Shown piece by piece: positions 1-14,100 of a stretch of 64,000 nt of DNA (position 1 is its first letter; every line of letters begins with the position of its first letter). Made by a program: the position numbers and the translations under genes. The notes beneath the pieces are model-generated. The model was not told the DNA's origin and made no database searches. It worked only from the letters and a program-made list of their open reading frames with translations. Where the stretch lies: the NCBI GenBank assembly GCA_002269645.1, contig NIVC01002232.1, positions 127,099 through 191,098 of the forward strand, written 5' to 3'. The stretch comes from Macrostomum lignano. Its lineage: Eukaryota.

Positions 1-1586
<1,586 letters not shown>

Positions 1587-2195
1587 CTAACGCCACCTGA
1601 ATATCAAACCGCAGAAATCAACGGGTTTTATGCGAGTTTACTGTATCAGATTTTCTCCTCAAAACTCTAACGCATTCATATCGCATACATCTAGATATTT
1701 AATATATAGGATGAAGGCTACTCGCCATCCGCCGCGATTCGCCTCTCCCCCAAGCCTCGCCGTTTCATTTGGTTCCAACCGGGCGAGGCCGCCCAGTCTC
1801 TCTGCAAGCGGGGAGCCCCGCAACCCTCGGCCCCCATCAATCACCCGAGAGAGCGGCCGGTTGGCCAACTGGACTGAAGCTCGAGAGCTATTTATAGCAC
1901 TTGCTCCTAGGAGAGAAAACTCGCTGGCGGAATACGCCTTACAGATCTGTGCGGCTCGAGCTGGGAAGAAGCTCGCCTTGCCGCTGCCTGCTGTGTGGTG
2001 TGTGTGGAAACTCCCGGAGAGGGATTTTCATACTCCAGAGAAATTGATGGGGCCCAGGCTTTTTCGTCGCGGCTCTCTCTGTAAGGCTTCTGAGATGTTA
2101 TAGCATGAGACGGTTTTTACTGCTCTAACGGGTTTCGAGCTGATTGCGTAATCTGCTTGAATAGCTGATTTTCTTGACTGATTCACTGGCTAACT

Positions 2196-4945
2196 CATGA
2201 TGCTGGCTGGCTAGATTAGCAATCCATTCTATTCCTTCATCAGTGATGTTGGCTAGATTAGCAATCCATTCTATTCCTTCATCAGTGATGTTGGCTAGAT
2301 TAGCAATCCATTCTATTCCTTCATCAGTGATGTTGGCTAGATTAGCAATCCATTCTATTCCTTCATCAGTGATGCTGGCTGGCTAGATTAGCAATCCATT
2401 CTATTCCTTCATCAGTGATGTTGGCTAGATTAGCAATCCATTCTATTCCTTCATCAGTGATGCTGGCTGGCTAGATTAGCAATCCATTCTATTCCTTCAT
2501 CAGTGATGCTGGCTGGCTAGATTAGCAATCCATTCTATTCCTTCATCAGTGATGCTGGCTGGCTAGATTAGCAATCCATTCTATTCCTTCATCAGTGATG
2601 CTGGCTAGATTAGCAATCCATTCTATTCCTTCATCAGTGATGCTGGCTAGATTAGCAATACATTCTATTCCTTCATCAGTGATGTTGGCTAGATTAGCAA
2701 TCCATTCTATTCCTTCATCAGTGATGCTGGCTAGATTAGCAATCCATTCTATTCCTTCATCAGTGATGCTGGCTAGATTAGCAATACATTCTATTCCTTC
2801 ATCAGTGATGCTGGCTAGATTAGCAATACATTCTATTCCTTCATCAGTGATGCTGGCTAGACTAGCAATCCATTCTATTCCTTCATCAGTGATGCTGGCT
2901 GGCTAGATTAGCAATACATTCTATTCCTTCATCAGTGATGCTGGCTAGACTAGCAATCCATTCTATTCCTTCATCAGTGATGCTGGCTGGCTAGATTAGC
3001 AATACATTCTATTCCTTCATCAGTGATGCTGGCTAGACTAGCAATCCATTCTATTCCTTCATCAGTGATGCTGGCTAGATTAGCAATACATTCTATTCCT
3101 TCATCAGTGATGCTGGCTAGATTAGCAATACATTCTATTCCTTCATCAGTGATGCTGGCTAGACTAGCAATCCATTCTATTCCTTCATCAGTGATGCTGG
3201 CTAGATTAGCAATCCATTCTATTCCTTCATCAGTGATGCTGGCTAGATTAGCAATCCATTCTATTCCTTCATCAGTGATGCTGGCTAGATTAGCAATCCA
3301 TTCTACATTCTATTCCTTCATCAGTGATGTTGGCTAGACTAGCAATCCATTCTATTCCTTCATCAGTGATGTTGGCTAGATTAGCAATCCATTCTATTCC
3401 TTCATCAGTGATGTTGGCTAGATTAGCCATCCATTCTATTCCTTCATCAGTGATGTTGGCTAGATTAGCCATCCATTCTGTTCCTTCATCAGTGATGTTG
3501 GCTAGATTAGCCATCCATTCTATTCCTTCATCAGTGATGCTGGCTAGATTAGCAATCCATTCTATTCCTTCATCAGTGATGTTGGCTAGATTAGCAATCC
3601 ATTCTATTCCTTCATCAGTGATGCTGGCTAGATTAGCAATCCATTCTATTCCTTCATCAGTGATGTTGGCTAGATTAGCAGTCCATTCTATTCCTTCATC
3701 AGTGATACTGGCTAGATTAGCAATCCATTTTATTCCTTCATCTGTGATGTTGGCTAGATTAGCAATCCATTCTATTCCTTCATCTGTGATGTTGGCTAGA
3801 TTAGCAATCCATTCTATTCCTTCATCAGTGATGCTGGCTAGATTAGCAATCCATTCTATTCCTTCATCAGTGATGCTGGCTAGATTAGCAATCCATTCTA
3901 TTCCTTCATCAGTGATGTTGGCTAGATTAGCAATCCATTCTATTCCTTCATCAGTGATGCTGGCTAGATTAGCAATCCATTCTATTCCTTCATCAGTGAT
4001 GTTGGCTAGATTAGCAGTCCATTCTATTCCTTCATCAGTGATACTGGCTAGATTAGCAATCCATTTTATTCCTTCTTCTGTGATGTTGGCTAGATTAGCC
4101 ATCCATTCTATTCCTTCATCTGTGATGTTGGCTAGATTAGCAGTCCATTCTATTCCTTCATCTGTGATGTTGGCTAGATTAGCAATCCATTCTATTCCTT
4201 CATCTGTGATGTTGGCTAGATTAGCCATCCATTCTATTCCTTCATCTGTGATGCTGGCTAGATTAGCAATCCATTCTATTCCTTCATCTGTGATGTTGGC
4301 TAGATTAGCAATCCATTCTATTCCTTCATCTGTGATGTTGGCTAGATTAGCAATCCATTCTATTCCTTCATCAGTGATGTTGGCTAGATTAGCAATCCAT
4401 TCTATTCCTTCATCAGTGATGCTGGCTAGATTAGCAATCCATTCTATTCTTCATCTGTGATGTTGGCTAGATTAGCAATCCAATCTATTCCTTCATCAGT
4501 GATACTGGCTAGATTAGCAATCCATTCTATTCCTTCATATGTGATGTTGGCTAGATTAGCAATCCATTTTATTCCTTCATCAGTGATGTTGGCTAGGTTA
4601 GCAATCCATTCTATTCCTTCATCAATGATGTTGGCTAGATTAGCAATCCATTTTATTCCTTCATCAGTGATGTTGGCTAGATTAGCAATCCATTCTATTC
4701 CTTCATCTGTGATGTTGGCTAGATTAGCAATCCATTCTATTCCTTCATCTGTGATGTTGGCTAGATTAGCAATCCATTCTATTCCTTCATCTGTGATGTT
4801 GGCTAGATTAGCCATCCATTCTATTCCTTCATCTGTGATGTTGGCTAGATTAGCAATCCATTCTATTCCTTCATCTGTGATGTTGGCTAGATTAGCCATC
4901 CATTCTATTCCTTCATCAGTGATGTTGGCTAGATTAGCAATCCAA
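2196..4945. repeat. 42-bp minisatellite
   Basis: Unit TGATGTTGGCTAGATTAGCAATCCATTCTATTCCTTCATCAG repeated about 65 times with point variants. Confidence 0.98.
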
Positions 4946-5545
4946 TCTTTACCATTTCCGAGTTTAAAGACGAGATTTCCATCTAATCGAGTAGTTAAAG
5001 TTTATTATTAACTAATTTAATTTCTGTATGGTTTCATTATTTTCTATTTAATAAATCATATTTGATAGTTACTTAATCAAATTTAGCACAGAACTCCCCC
5101 TGAAAATACCAATAACTACAATGAAAGATAAAATGACGCACTTTGGATGCAATTTGCACTATATATGAATAAAACATGGCTCAGTATTTCAAGGGGGAAT
5201 GCCAACCGTTAATGCTAACGAGAGAGCTGAATAAATACAAAGTTTTATCATGGAGGAAATCGCTAGATTCAATAAGTATAACTAATCGACAAACTAACAG
5301 AACTGACTGGATAAAGTCGAAGAAAATCTGTTTCGGATTAACACGGGTAGTACTTTTAGTTCGATAGTCTAGCGCCTGAGCTACTTTCAACTCTCCTGAG
5401 CTCTCATATCCTTCTTTGCTCTCGGGATCACTGCTTTCAACTCTAGGCTTCGATCCCTCCACCTGCTCAGCTCCCAGGGTGCAGGGCTCAACGGTCCAAC
5501 GGCTACAGAGTGTTTGAGCAAGCCAAGTCTGTCAGTTTCCTCAAC

Positions 5546-6560
5546 CTACTCCCCGGGGAGCAGGACGGTGTCAACTGTGCCCGGAGTCAGCCCGTCGCCT
5601 CCATCAGTCCCAGCTGCCGTGTCAAAGTCTTCGTCAATCCACAGGTCTACGGAGTCCCTGTCGAATGCCAGCCGGCCCCAGCCAGCGCCGTGCATCGCTG
5701 ATCTTGCGGGGGTGCCGATCAGAGCCAGGCTGCTCGGGGCGTGGACACCGTGGCCTCCGCCGCCACTGCTGCCTCCGCCGTCGCCGCCTCCGCCGCCGCT
5801 GCCAACGCAGAACCCGCTGCACAGGTAGCTACTCAGGGCTTCACTCAGCCGTTGCTGCTGCTGGCTTGTGCTCGACCTCGCTGCACCGGGGTCTGATGCT
5901 TTTCTTGAAGGCAATCGCTGCTGCTGCTGCTGCTGATGATGATGATGATGCTGTGAAGGCGGCGGCAGGAAGTCCCGACAGCAGCAGATGTACAGGAGAA
6001 TGGCCATCAGCAGCATGCCTAGAAGTGCCGTCAGGGTGGCTACCGAGGCTGCAGCAGCCGGTCCGAGATCCATGGAGGACGGCAGCAGGTCGAGTAGCTC
6101 GCAGTTGATGCCGCGGAACCCCGGCCGGCACCGGCAGTGCGGCTGGTCGAGCCGCTGCTCAACTCGCTGCTCCCGGGTCAACCAGCTGACAGTGACGAGG
6201 CAGGTGCCGTCGTTGGCGCAGTAGTACTGATCGCCGGTGAGGCTGCACGGCACCTGGCGAATCACGCGGGCCTCCGGTTGGACGAAGAACTCCGGCGGCG
6301 GCTCCTGCACCCGGGCCGGCTGGCGGCCGCAGGCGGCGGCGCCCGGTGGCTTGCGAAGGGCCGCCAGGACCAGCAGCAGCAGCCGGTGGCGTGCCTGGCG
6401 ACAGCCGCGACGGCGCCTGGGAGGAGGACATTCCTTGAGAAGCTGGATTCTGTTCTGCTCAATCTGATTCTCAGGCTGATGTTCGTCATCCTGCTGCTGA
6501 TTGAGTGCTTGACATCGATGGTTGTCATGGTTACTAGTCTTGTCTGGAGGACGATTCTGA
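5546..6560 (-). CDS. EGF-like domain single-pass membrane protein (EGF/TGF-alpha/neuregulin-ligand-like architecture); 5' end uncertain
   Basis: Within ORF 5546-7210: six-Cys EGF pattern CSLTGDQYYCANDGTC...CRCRPGFRGINC, then hydrophobic ASVATLTALLGMLLMAILLYICCC and a low-complexity tail ending at the stop at 5546. GC-rich, exon-like composition. Confidence 0.72.
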
Positions 6561-7075
6561 CAGTGATGCTGGTCATGATGCTGGTCATGGTGTTGGTCAT
6601 GATGCTGGTCTTGATGTTGGTCATGATGTTGGTCATGGTGTTGGTCATGATGCTGGTCTTGATGCTGGTCATGGTGTTGGTCATGATGCTGGTCTTGATG
6701 TTGGTCATGATGCTGGTCATGGTGTTGGTCATGATGCTGGTCTTGATGTTGGTCATGATGTTGGTCATGGTGTTGGTCATGATGCTGGTCTTGATGTTGG
6801 TCATGAGGTTGGTCATGATGTTGGTCATGATGCTGGTCATAGTGTTGGTCATGATGCTGGTCTTGATGTTGGTCATGATGCTGGTCATGGTGTTGGTCAT
6901 GATGCTGGTCTTGATGTTGGTCATGAGGTTGGTCATGATGTTGGTCATGATGCTGGTCATGAGGTTGGTCATGATGTTGGTCATGAGGTTGGTCATGATG
7001 TTGGTCATGATGCTGGTCATTGTTATGCTGATGGTGGCGCTGATCATGACGGTGGTCAGGATGTTGGTCATGGTG
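6560..7075. repeat. 12-bp-unit tandem repeat (GGTCATGATGCT variants)
   Basis: Direct inspection. Open in the EGF frame as (HHDQ)n. Confidence 0.95.
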
Positions 7076-7784
7076 ATTCAAGCCATCGCACTGTTTACAG
7101 CAGCGACAAGCACAATGTGGATCATCAATGCTGCGGTTAAGTTCATGATGAAGCTTCAATTCGAGATGCTGGCCTTGAAAGCGCAAATTTTTATTCTGCA
7201 ACATTCTCAACGGCTATACTTTCTATTGATCTTCAAAGCAACTAACTCTCTGCCAGAAGCGACCTTTATTGTTGCATGTGCGCCCTGTGCTCCGTAGAAG
7301 TTAACTAAAAGCAATATAAACATGCCGGTTTCTGTGCCGGCATGTTCTGGCATGCAGAAAAGAAAAGATATTCAAGGAAAAACTCGGCTGCATTTAAGAC
7401 CTTGCAGGATTGGCTCGACGCTCTCATTCGCCCCGGAGCACGGATTGCGGTGCGTTTCTTTGCTTTCTTGGCTCCTCTGTGTCCCATTTTCTACTTCTGC
7501 CCGGCAGGCAATTTTACTATTTAAGTTTATGACCTCTTAGTTTCTGTGCGACTTTTTTCTACCAAAGCATTAACAGTGCCTGGGAATTTTTTATAAATTA
7601 ACTCTTTCTTATGTGCAATTAGTATGATTAATATGCATGGTATGAGGTTAGTATGTGTTCTGTACATAGTTCAAAAAATGTATTACTGAGGGGTTTAAAA
7701 GTCGGTGTTGAGTGCTTAAATGTCTAGACATTTAACTCCAGCCAATACGCGATCACGAGGCGTTTGGCGTTCCAAGGCCACTAA

Positions 7785-8100
7785 CTTGGGATTCCCCTGA
7801 CTGGGATACCCCTGACTGGGATTCCCCTGACTGGGATTCCTCTGACTAGGATTCTCCTGACTGGGATTTCTCTGACTGGGATTCCCCGACTGGGATTCCT
7901 CTGGCTTGGATTCCTCTGACTGGGATTCCCCGACTGGGATTCCTCTGGCTTGGATTCCTCTGACTGGGATTCCCCTGACTGGATTAATCTGGCTTGGATT
8001 CCCCCGAATAGGATTCCCCTGAATGGGATTCCCCTGACTGGGATTCTCCTGAATTGGATTTTCGATTGGGATTTCCCTGTATGGGATTCCACTGACTGTG
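7785..8100. repeat. 15-bp minisatellite (GGGATTCCCCTGACT)
   Basis: Direct inspection. Confidence 0.9.
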
Positions 8101-8621
8101 AAGAAGCAAGTGAATGCTTCCTATTTCGCCGCAGAAAACCGGGCACCCAGCAGCAAAATTTGCACGATTTGCGAGTCCAGAAGCCTTCTGCTTCAGCTGT
8201 CCATGAAACGACGGCACACGGCACCATCGTAGCAAATAAGCAGAAAGGCATTAGGAACAATATTCCCCAGGTGCTGGTCCCCTAAGCAGGTGATACGAGA
8301 CATAAAATAGGAGGCGACATCAGCAGCAGCATTGCAGCAGAAGCAATTTCCTTCTAGAAGAAGATATGGCCAAAAGCGGAGCGTATCTTCGGGCAGCATG
8401 GTGTGGACTTCAATAGGAAATGAACGCTTTGGTGCCAGGAAATTTTCGTCCCAAAAGCTGCGAGCTCTAGAAGATGCATACGACTTCCTTCGTTTGTTCC
8501 TAGAAGAATCCAGTTGCAAAAATGGATCTTAAAAGTACGCACGTGTACTTTTTGTTTACATTTAACGTTTTATTGGAACTGTTTTTACTAGCTTGGGTGA
8601 AACATTAAACATTCCCGACTG

Positions 8622-8880
8622 ACATTCACCCTTAATATACTCCTACCCCAATGTACATTCACCCTTAATATATCCCTACCCCAATGTACATTCACCCTTA
8701 ATATACTCCTACCCCAATGTACATTCACCCTTAATATATACCTACCCCAATGTACATTCACCCTTAGTATACTCCTACCCCCAATGTAAATTCACCCTTA
8801 ATATACTCCTACCCCAATGTACATTTACCCTTAATATATCTGTACTACTACCCTAATGTACATTCACCCTTAATAAATCT
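8622..8880. repeat. 33-bp minisatellite
   Basis: CATTCACCCTTAATATACTCCTACCCCAATGTA recurs at 8623, 8656, 8689 and onward. Confidence 0.92.
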
Positions 8881-9869
8881 ACCCTTCAATGTACATTCAA
8901 CTTTATTTTAGTACAATGTACCAATTGTTAGATTCATTTAATAATTGGGAATTTCAAGATATTTTGAAACAGAAGTCAAAATTTTCAGTTGGATTTGATT
9001 CCCCTTGCCGCATAAATTGTATTAAAAAGTTCATTCGAGATCATAAAAAATTTCATTCAGAAATTTTGTTAAAAAAAAACAATCATAAAAAACAATTGAC
9101 AGGTTACAGGTTACAGTGAAATGAAACTTCAAAGAAACAAGATTTAAAGACTAGTTTATAGTAGAATTTATGCAAAATTATGAGATTTATGACCAGTAGA
9201 CATAAAATAGAATTAATGAAAAAGAATTTCAGAATTAGAATTTCATAACTGAATTTATACCTAGAATTTATGTCCATGAATTTACCCTTAATATTCTCCT
9301 GTCCAATGATTCATACCTGAATTACATAACTCCTACAATCATGTAACCAATGAATTAAGCCTGAATCATACATTCATCCCTAATATCCCCATGTACATTC
9401 ATCCTAATTAGGAGTCTGTACATACATAATCCTACAATTACATAACTCCTATCATGCCAACTTTCATAGCCTGAATCATAGATAAATAATTTTACCACTG
9501 AATTACTGACTACTACCCAGAAATTAATAAATCTTATATTCTTCAAGTTGAGCTCAACTTTCATTTTAGTAAAACAAAGTGTACCAAATTGTTAGATAAA
9601 GTAAGGCATTTTAATAATCAGGCACTGAATTTAGACACGACACAGAAGAGTTAATAGGCTGGAATAACGCAGAAAAACAACAAAATCTATGCAGATTGCT
9701 ATAGATTGCCGGCCGTATGCTAGCCATAAATTTAGTGATCTAAACAGAAGTTCATTAGATGATCATAAAAAATTATACATTTTGTGACAGAAACTTCAAC
9801 TTTTAAAAAAAATTACCTACTTCATAGAACCATATTCAAGATGGATTTTAGAAGATAGTTTAGAATTTT

Positions 9870-10550
9870 TAGAAACCATAGAATTTCATAGAAACCATAG
9901 AATTTCATAGAATTTCATAGAAACCATAGAATTTCATAGAATTTCATAGAATTTCATAGAAACCATAGAATTTCATAGAAATCATAGAATTTCATAAAAA
10001 TCATAGAATTTCATAGAAACCATAGAATTTCATAGAAACCATAGAATTTCATAGAAACCATAGAATTTCAAAGAAACCATAGAATTTCATAGAAACCATA
10101 GAATTTCATAGAAACCATAGAATTTCATAGAATTTCATAGAAACCATAGAATTTCATAGAATTTCATAGAAACCATAGAATTTCATAGAAATCATAGAAT
10201 TTCATAGAAATCATAGAATTTCATAAAAATCATAGAATTTCATAGAAACCATAGAATTTCAAAGAAACCATAGAATTTCATAGAAACCATAGAATTTCAT
10301 AGAAACCATAGAATTTCATAGAAACCATAGAATTTCATAGAAACCACAGAATCTCATAGAAATCATAGAATTTCATAGAAACCATAGAATTTCATAGAAA
10401 CCACAGAATCTCATAGAAAACATAGAATTTCATAGAAACCATAGAATTTCATAGAAACCACAGAATCTCATAGAAATCATAGAATTTCATAGAAACCATA
10501 GAATTTCATAGAAACTATAGAATTTCATAGAAACCATAGAGTTTCATAGA
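9870..10550. repeat. 19-bp minisatellite (CATAGAATTT+CATAGAAAC subunits)
   Basis: Direct inspection. Confidence 0.95.
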
Positions 10551-10740
10551 AATGACCAACTTTCCAAGAAATCTCTGATTAGTATCGGCAGTGCTAGTAG
10601 TGCTAAGACAATAACGATTGATCGAGAAGAATAACGATAACGACGTAAGTCCTGACTAAGGCAAATTGAGAAATTTAGGGAAGCAATTGTATGACAAAAT
10701 TATTAATAATTGATTATCAATTTGACCCCAAGCCGATGAG

Positions 10741-11169
10741 TCACAGTTTGGCAGGCCTGTCGCTGTGCAGCAGCATCAGGTCTCGAATATCCAGCAGGCT
10801 GTCCCTCAGGCTGGCCGCCAGCCGATCCGAGTCGGTTCCGCGCCGGTCGCTATAAGCGGTGAGCGACACCAGGAATTTGTCGTCAAGCTGGTTATAGCAG
10901 ACACCGTAGCCGTCTGGCACCACCGGCCCGAAACTCATGGTGGCGCCGGTCTGCGACGGCACCTGGCTGGTGCTGAGCTGGAAGTGCTGAGCCCGGCGAA
11001 ATGCCCCGGAGTCGAACAGCGGATGCTGCGGCAGGCCGTGCTCCTTGGCGATGAGGCGCAGGCCCAGCAGGTGACGATCGATGCCCTGGCCAGCCACGGC
11101 CTGGGCGGTGAGCAGCGAGTGGGCCTGGCAGGCCACGCGGAAGGCCTGCGCAGCCGCATGGGATTCGTC
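10741..11169 (-). CDS. CRAT: CRAT exon 6 (terminal, PTS1 AKL)
   Basis: AAG|DESHAA...GQGIDRHLLGL...LSTSQV...GYGVCYN...PAKL*. Confidence 0.92.
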   Translation of the reverse strand, partial: DESHAAAQAFRVACQAHSLLTAQAVAGQGIDRHLLGLRLIAKEHGLPQHPLFDSGAFRRAQHFQLSTSQVPSQTGATMSFGPVVPDGYGVCYNQLDDKFLVSLTAYSDRRGTDSDRLAASLRDSLLDIRDLMLLHSDRPAKL

Positions 11170-14100
11170 CTTGAAGCATGGTGGGGAAATTGAAACTGCC
11201 AGTATTATTGTCATTTTTTAATTCTTATGGCAAGCATATGGGGTTGCTTTATAAGACTTTATTTTATAAGAACTTTTTATGATTGGCAATGCCATTTGTT
11301 GAAGATCGACAGTGCCATTTGTTGAAGATCGACAGTGCCATTTGTTGAAGATCGACAGTGCCATTTGTTGAAGATCGACAGTGCCATTTGTTGAAGATCG
11401 GCAGTGCCATTTGTTAAAGATCGGCAGTGCCATTTGTTGAAGATCGGCAGTGCCATTTTTAAAGATCGGCAGTGCCATTTGTTGAAGATCGGCAGTGCCA
11501 TTTGTTGAAGATCGGCAGTGCCATTTTTAAAGATCGGCAGTGCCATTTGTTGAAGATCGGCAGTGCCATTTTTAAAGATCGGCAGTGCCATTTGTTGAAG
11601 ATCGGCAGTGCCATTTTTAAAGATCGGCAGTGCCATTTGTTGAAGATCGGCAGTGCCATTTGTTAAAGATCGGCAGTGCCATTTGTTGAAGATCGGCAGT
11701 GCCATTTGTTAAAGATCGGCAGTGCCATTTGTTGAAGATCGGCAGTGCCATTTTTAAAGATCGGCAGTGCCATTTGTTGAAGATCGGCAGTGCCATTTTT
11801 AAATATCGACAGTGCCATTTTTTAACATCAGCAGTGCCATTTTGATGATTGAAAAAGCTAGCTTTGATGCTAGCTCTTTGAGCTGTTGTTCTTTGAGAAG
11901 TAGAGAAGTTTTCATGATTCTATAGTCTACTCTCATTTTCAGTCAATACACTATAGATACTCAAAATTTATCACTTCAAAATGGCACTGTCAATCTTCAA
12001 AGATGGCACTGCTGATTTTCAAAATTTGCAGTAATGACCTCAAGAATGCACTGCTGAACTTCAAATATGGCATTAATGATCCTTAAAAGTGGCACTACAG
12101 ATCCTCAAAAATGGCACTGCTGATCCTCAAAAATGGCACTGCTGATCCTCAAAAATGGCACTGCTGATCTTAAAAAATGGTACTGCTGATCCTCAAAAAT
12201 GGCACTGCTGATCCTCAAAAATGGCACTGCTGATACTTAGAAATGGCACTGATGTTAAAATCAATTGACATTCCTAAGTCGATGACAAATGTCGAGTTGC
12301 CAAGAAACAGTCTCCTTGCCTGCCTCACCTGACTCATAAGCTGGCAGAACCTGGCGCTCTCCACGGTGCACGATCGAATCGTGTCAGTTCGACCCAGACG
12401 GAACCTGCGAAGCGATCCGGACTCGTAGGTGGCGCAGTGCTGCTGGTACAGCCTGAAGTAGGCCAGCTGGAGGGCCACCTGAAATATTTTTGTTAAATAG
12501 GCCGTTTTAAGTATTGTACAATCACTCATCAGTAGTACGATGTTTCTGTAAACTGCAAATCATCCAGTGGGCCGCCGCATCTCCTTAAAAAATCAGGAAA
12601 ACCTCCAGGCAACCCTTCAGTCTTTCAGGCAACCCTTCAAGCAATCCTTCAGGCAACCCTTCAGGGAACCCTTCAGTCCTTCAGGCAACCCTTCAAGCAA
12701 TCCTTCAGTCCTTCAGGCAAACCTTCAGGCAACCATTCAGTCCTTCAGGCAACTATTCAGTCTCTCAGATGATTCTCTAGTTCTTCAGGCAACCTTCATT
12801 TCTTCAGGCAACCTTCAGTCCTTCAGGCAACCCTTCAGTCCTTCAGGCAAACCTTCAGACAATCTTTCAGTCCTTCAGGCAAACCTTCAGGCAACCCTTC
12901 AGTTCTTCAGGCAACCTTCAGGCAACCCTTCAGTCTTTCAGACAAACCTTCAGGCAACCTTCAGGCAACCCTTCAGGCAACCTTCAGGCAACCATTCAGT
13001 CCTTCAGGCAACTATTCAGTCTCTCAGATGATTCTCTAGTTCTTCAGGCAACCTTCAGTCCTTCAGGCAACCCTTCAGTCCTTCAGTCAAACCTTCAGGC
13101 AACCATTCAGTCCTTCAGACAACCTTCTTTTTTCAGGCAACCTTTAGTCCTTCAGAATCAGGCAACCCTTCAGTCCTTCAGGCAACTCTAAAGTGGACAA
13201 AAACTAGTCATGAAGGATTGCCCTGAAATAAATAAAGACCAATGACTCGTTACGTCACCCACTACTGCGATACTCAAACGAACCTGAAAGTACGCATCGG
13301 GACTCAGGCGGCACTGATTTTTAACAAACAATTTTCCGTAAGCGTCAAACTCCAAGCAGGTGATCTGCAGGTTGTCAATATGAGACTGCAGCGCGGCGTC
13401 GGCTTCGGCCAGGTCTTTATTAAAGCTGGCGTAGGGCTTGAAGTCCAACAGCTGGCAGGGGATGTCGGGCAAGCCATCCGGCAGGTCGAGGTCACTGGCG
13501 GCGCCGGATGCCAGCCGGTCGAGCAGGTTGTCGAATATTCGAATAGCGGCTACGCCTTCGGCCGGCGAGTGCTCGTAGTGGAAACCGAACGCGCCGTCCT
13601 CGCAAATTATCAACTTCGGGGGTTTGGGTTGGGGTTTAATAGGCATGTTGCAAATTTATTAAACGCAAAATAATTCAGAATTGAACAGAATTAAAGAAGT
13701 AGATTGACAGTGCAAAGTGGACAGTGGAACAAAGACCTATTCAGAATCTAAAAGAATAACAGTGGAACAAAGACCTATTCAGAATCTAAAAGAATAACAG
13801 TGGAACAAAGACCTATTCAGAATCTAAAAGAATAACAGTGGAACAAAGACCTATTCAGAATCTAAAAGAATAACAGTGGAACAAAGACCTATTCAGAATC
13901 TAAAAGAATAACAGTGGAACAAAGACCTATTCAGAATCTAAAAGAATAACAGTGGAACAAAGACCTATTCAGAATCTAAAAGAATAACAGTGGAACAAAG
14001 ACCTATTCAGAATCTAAAAGAATAACTGTGGAACAAAGACCTATTCAGAATCTAAAAGAATAACTGTGGAACAAAGACCTATTCAGAATCTAAAAGAATA

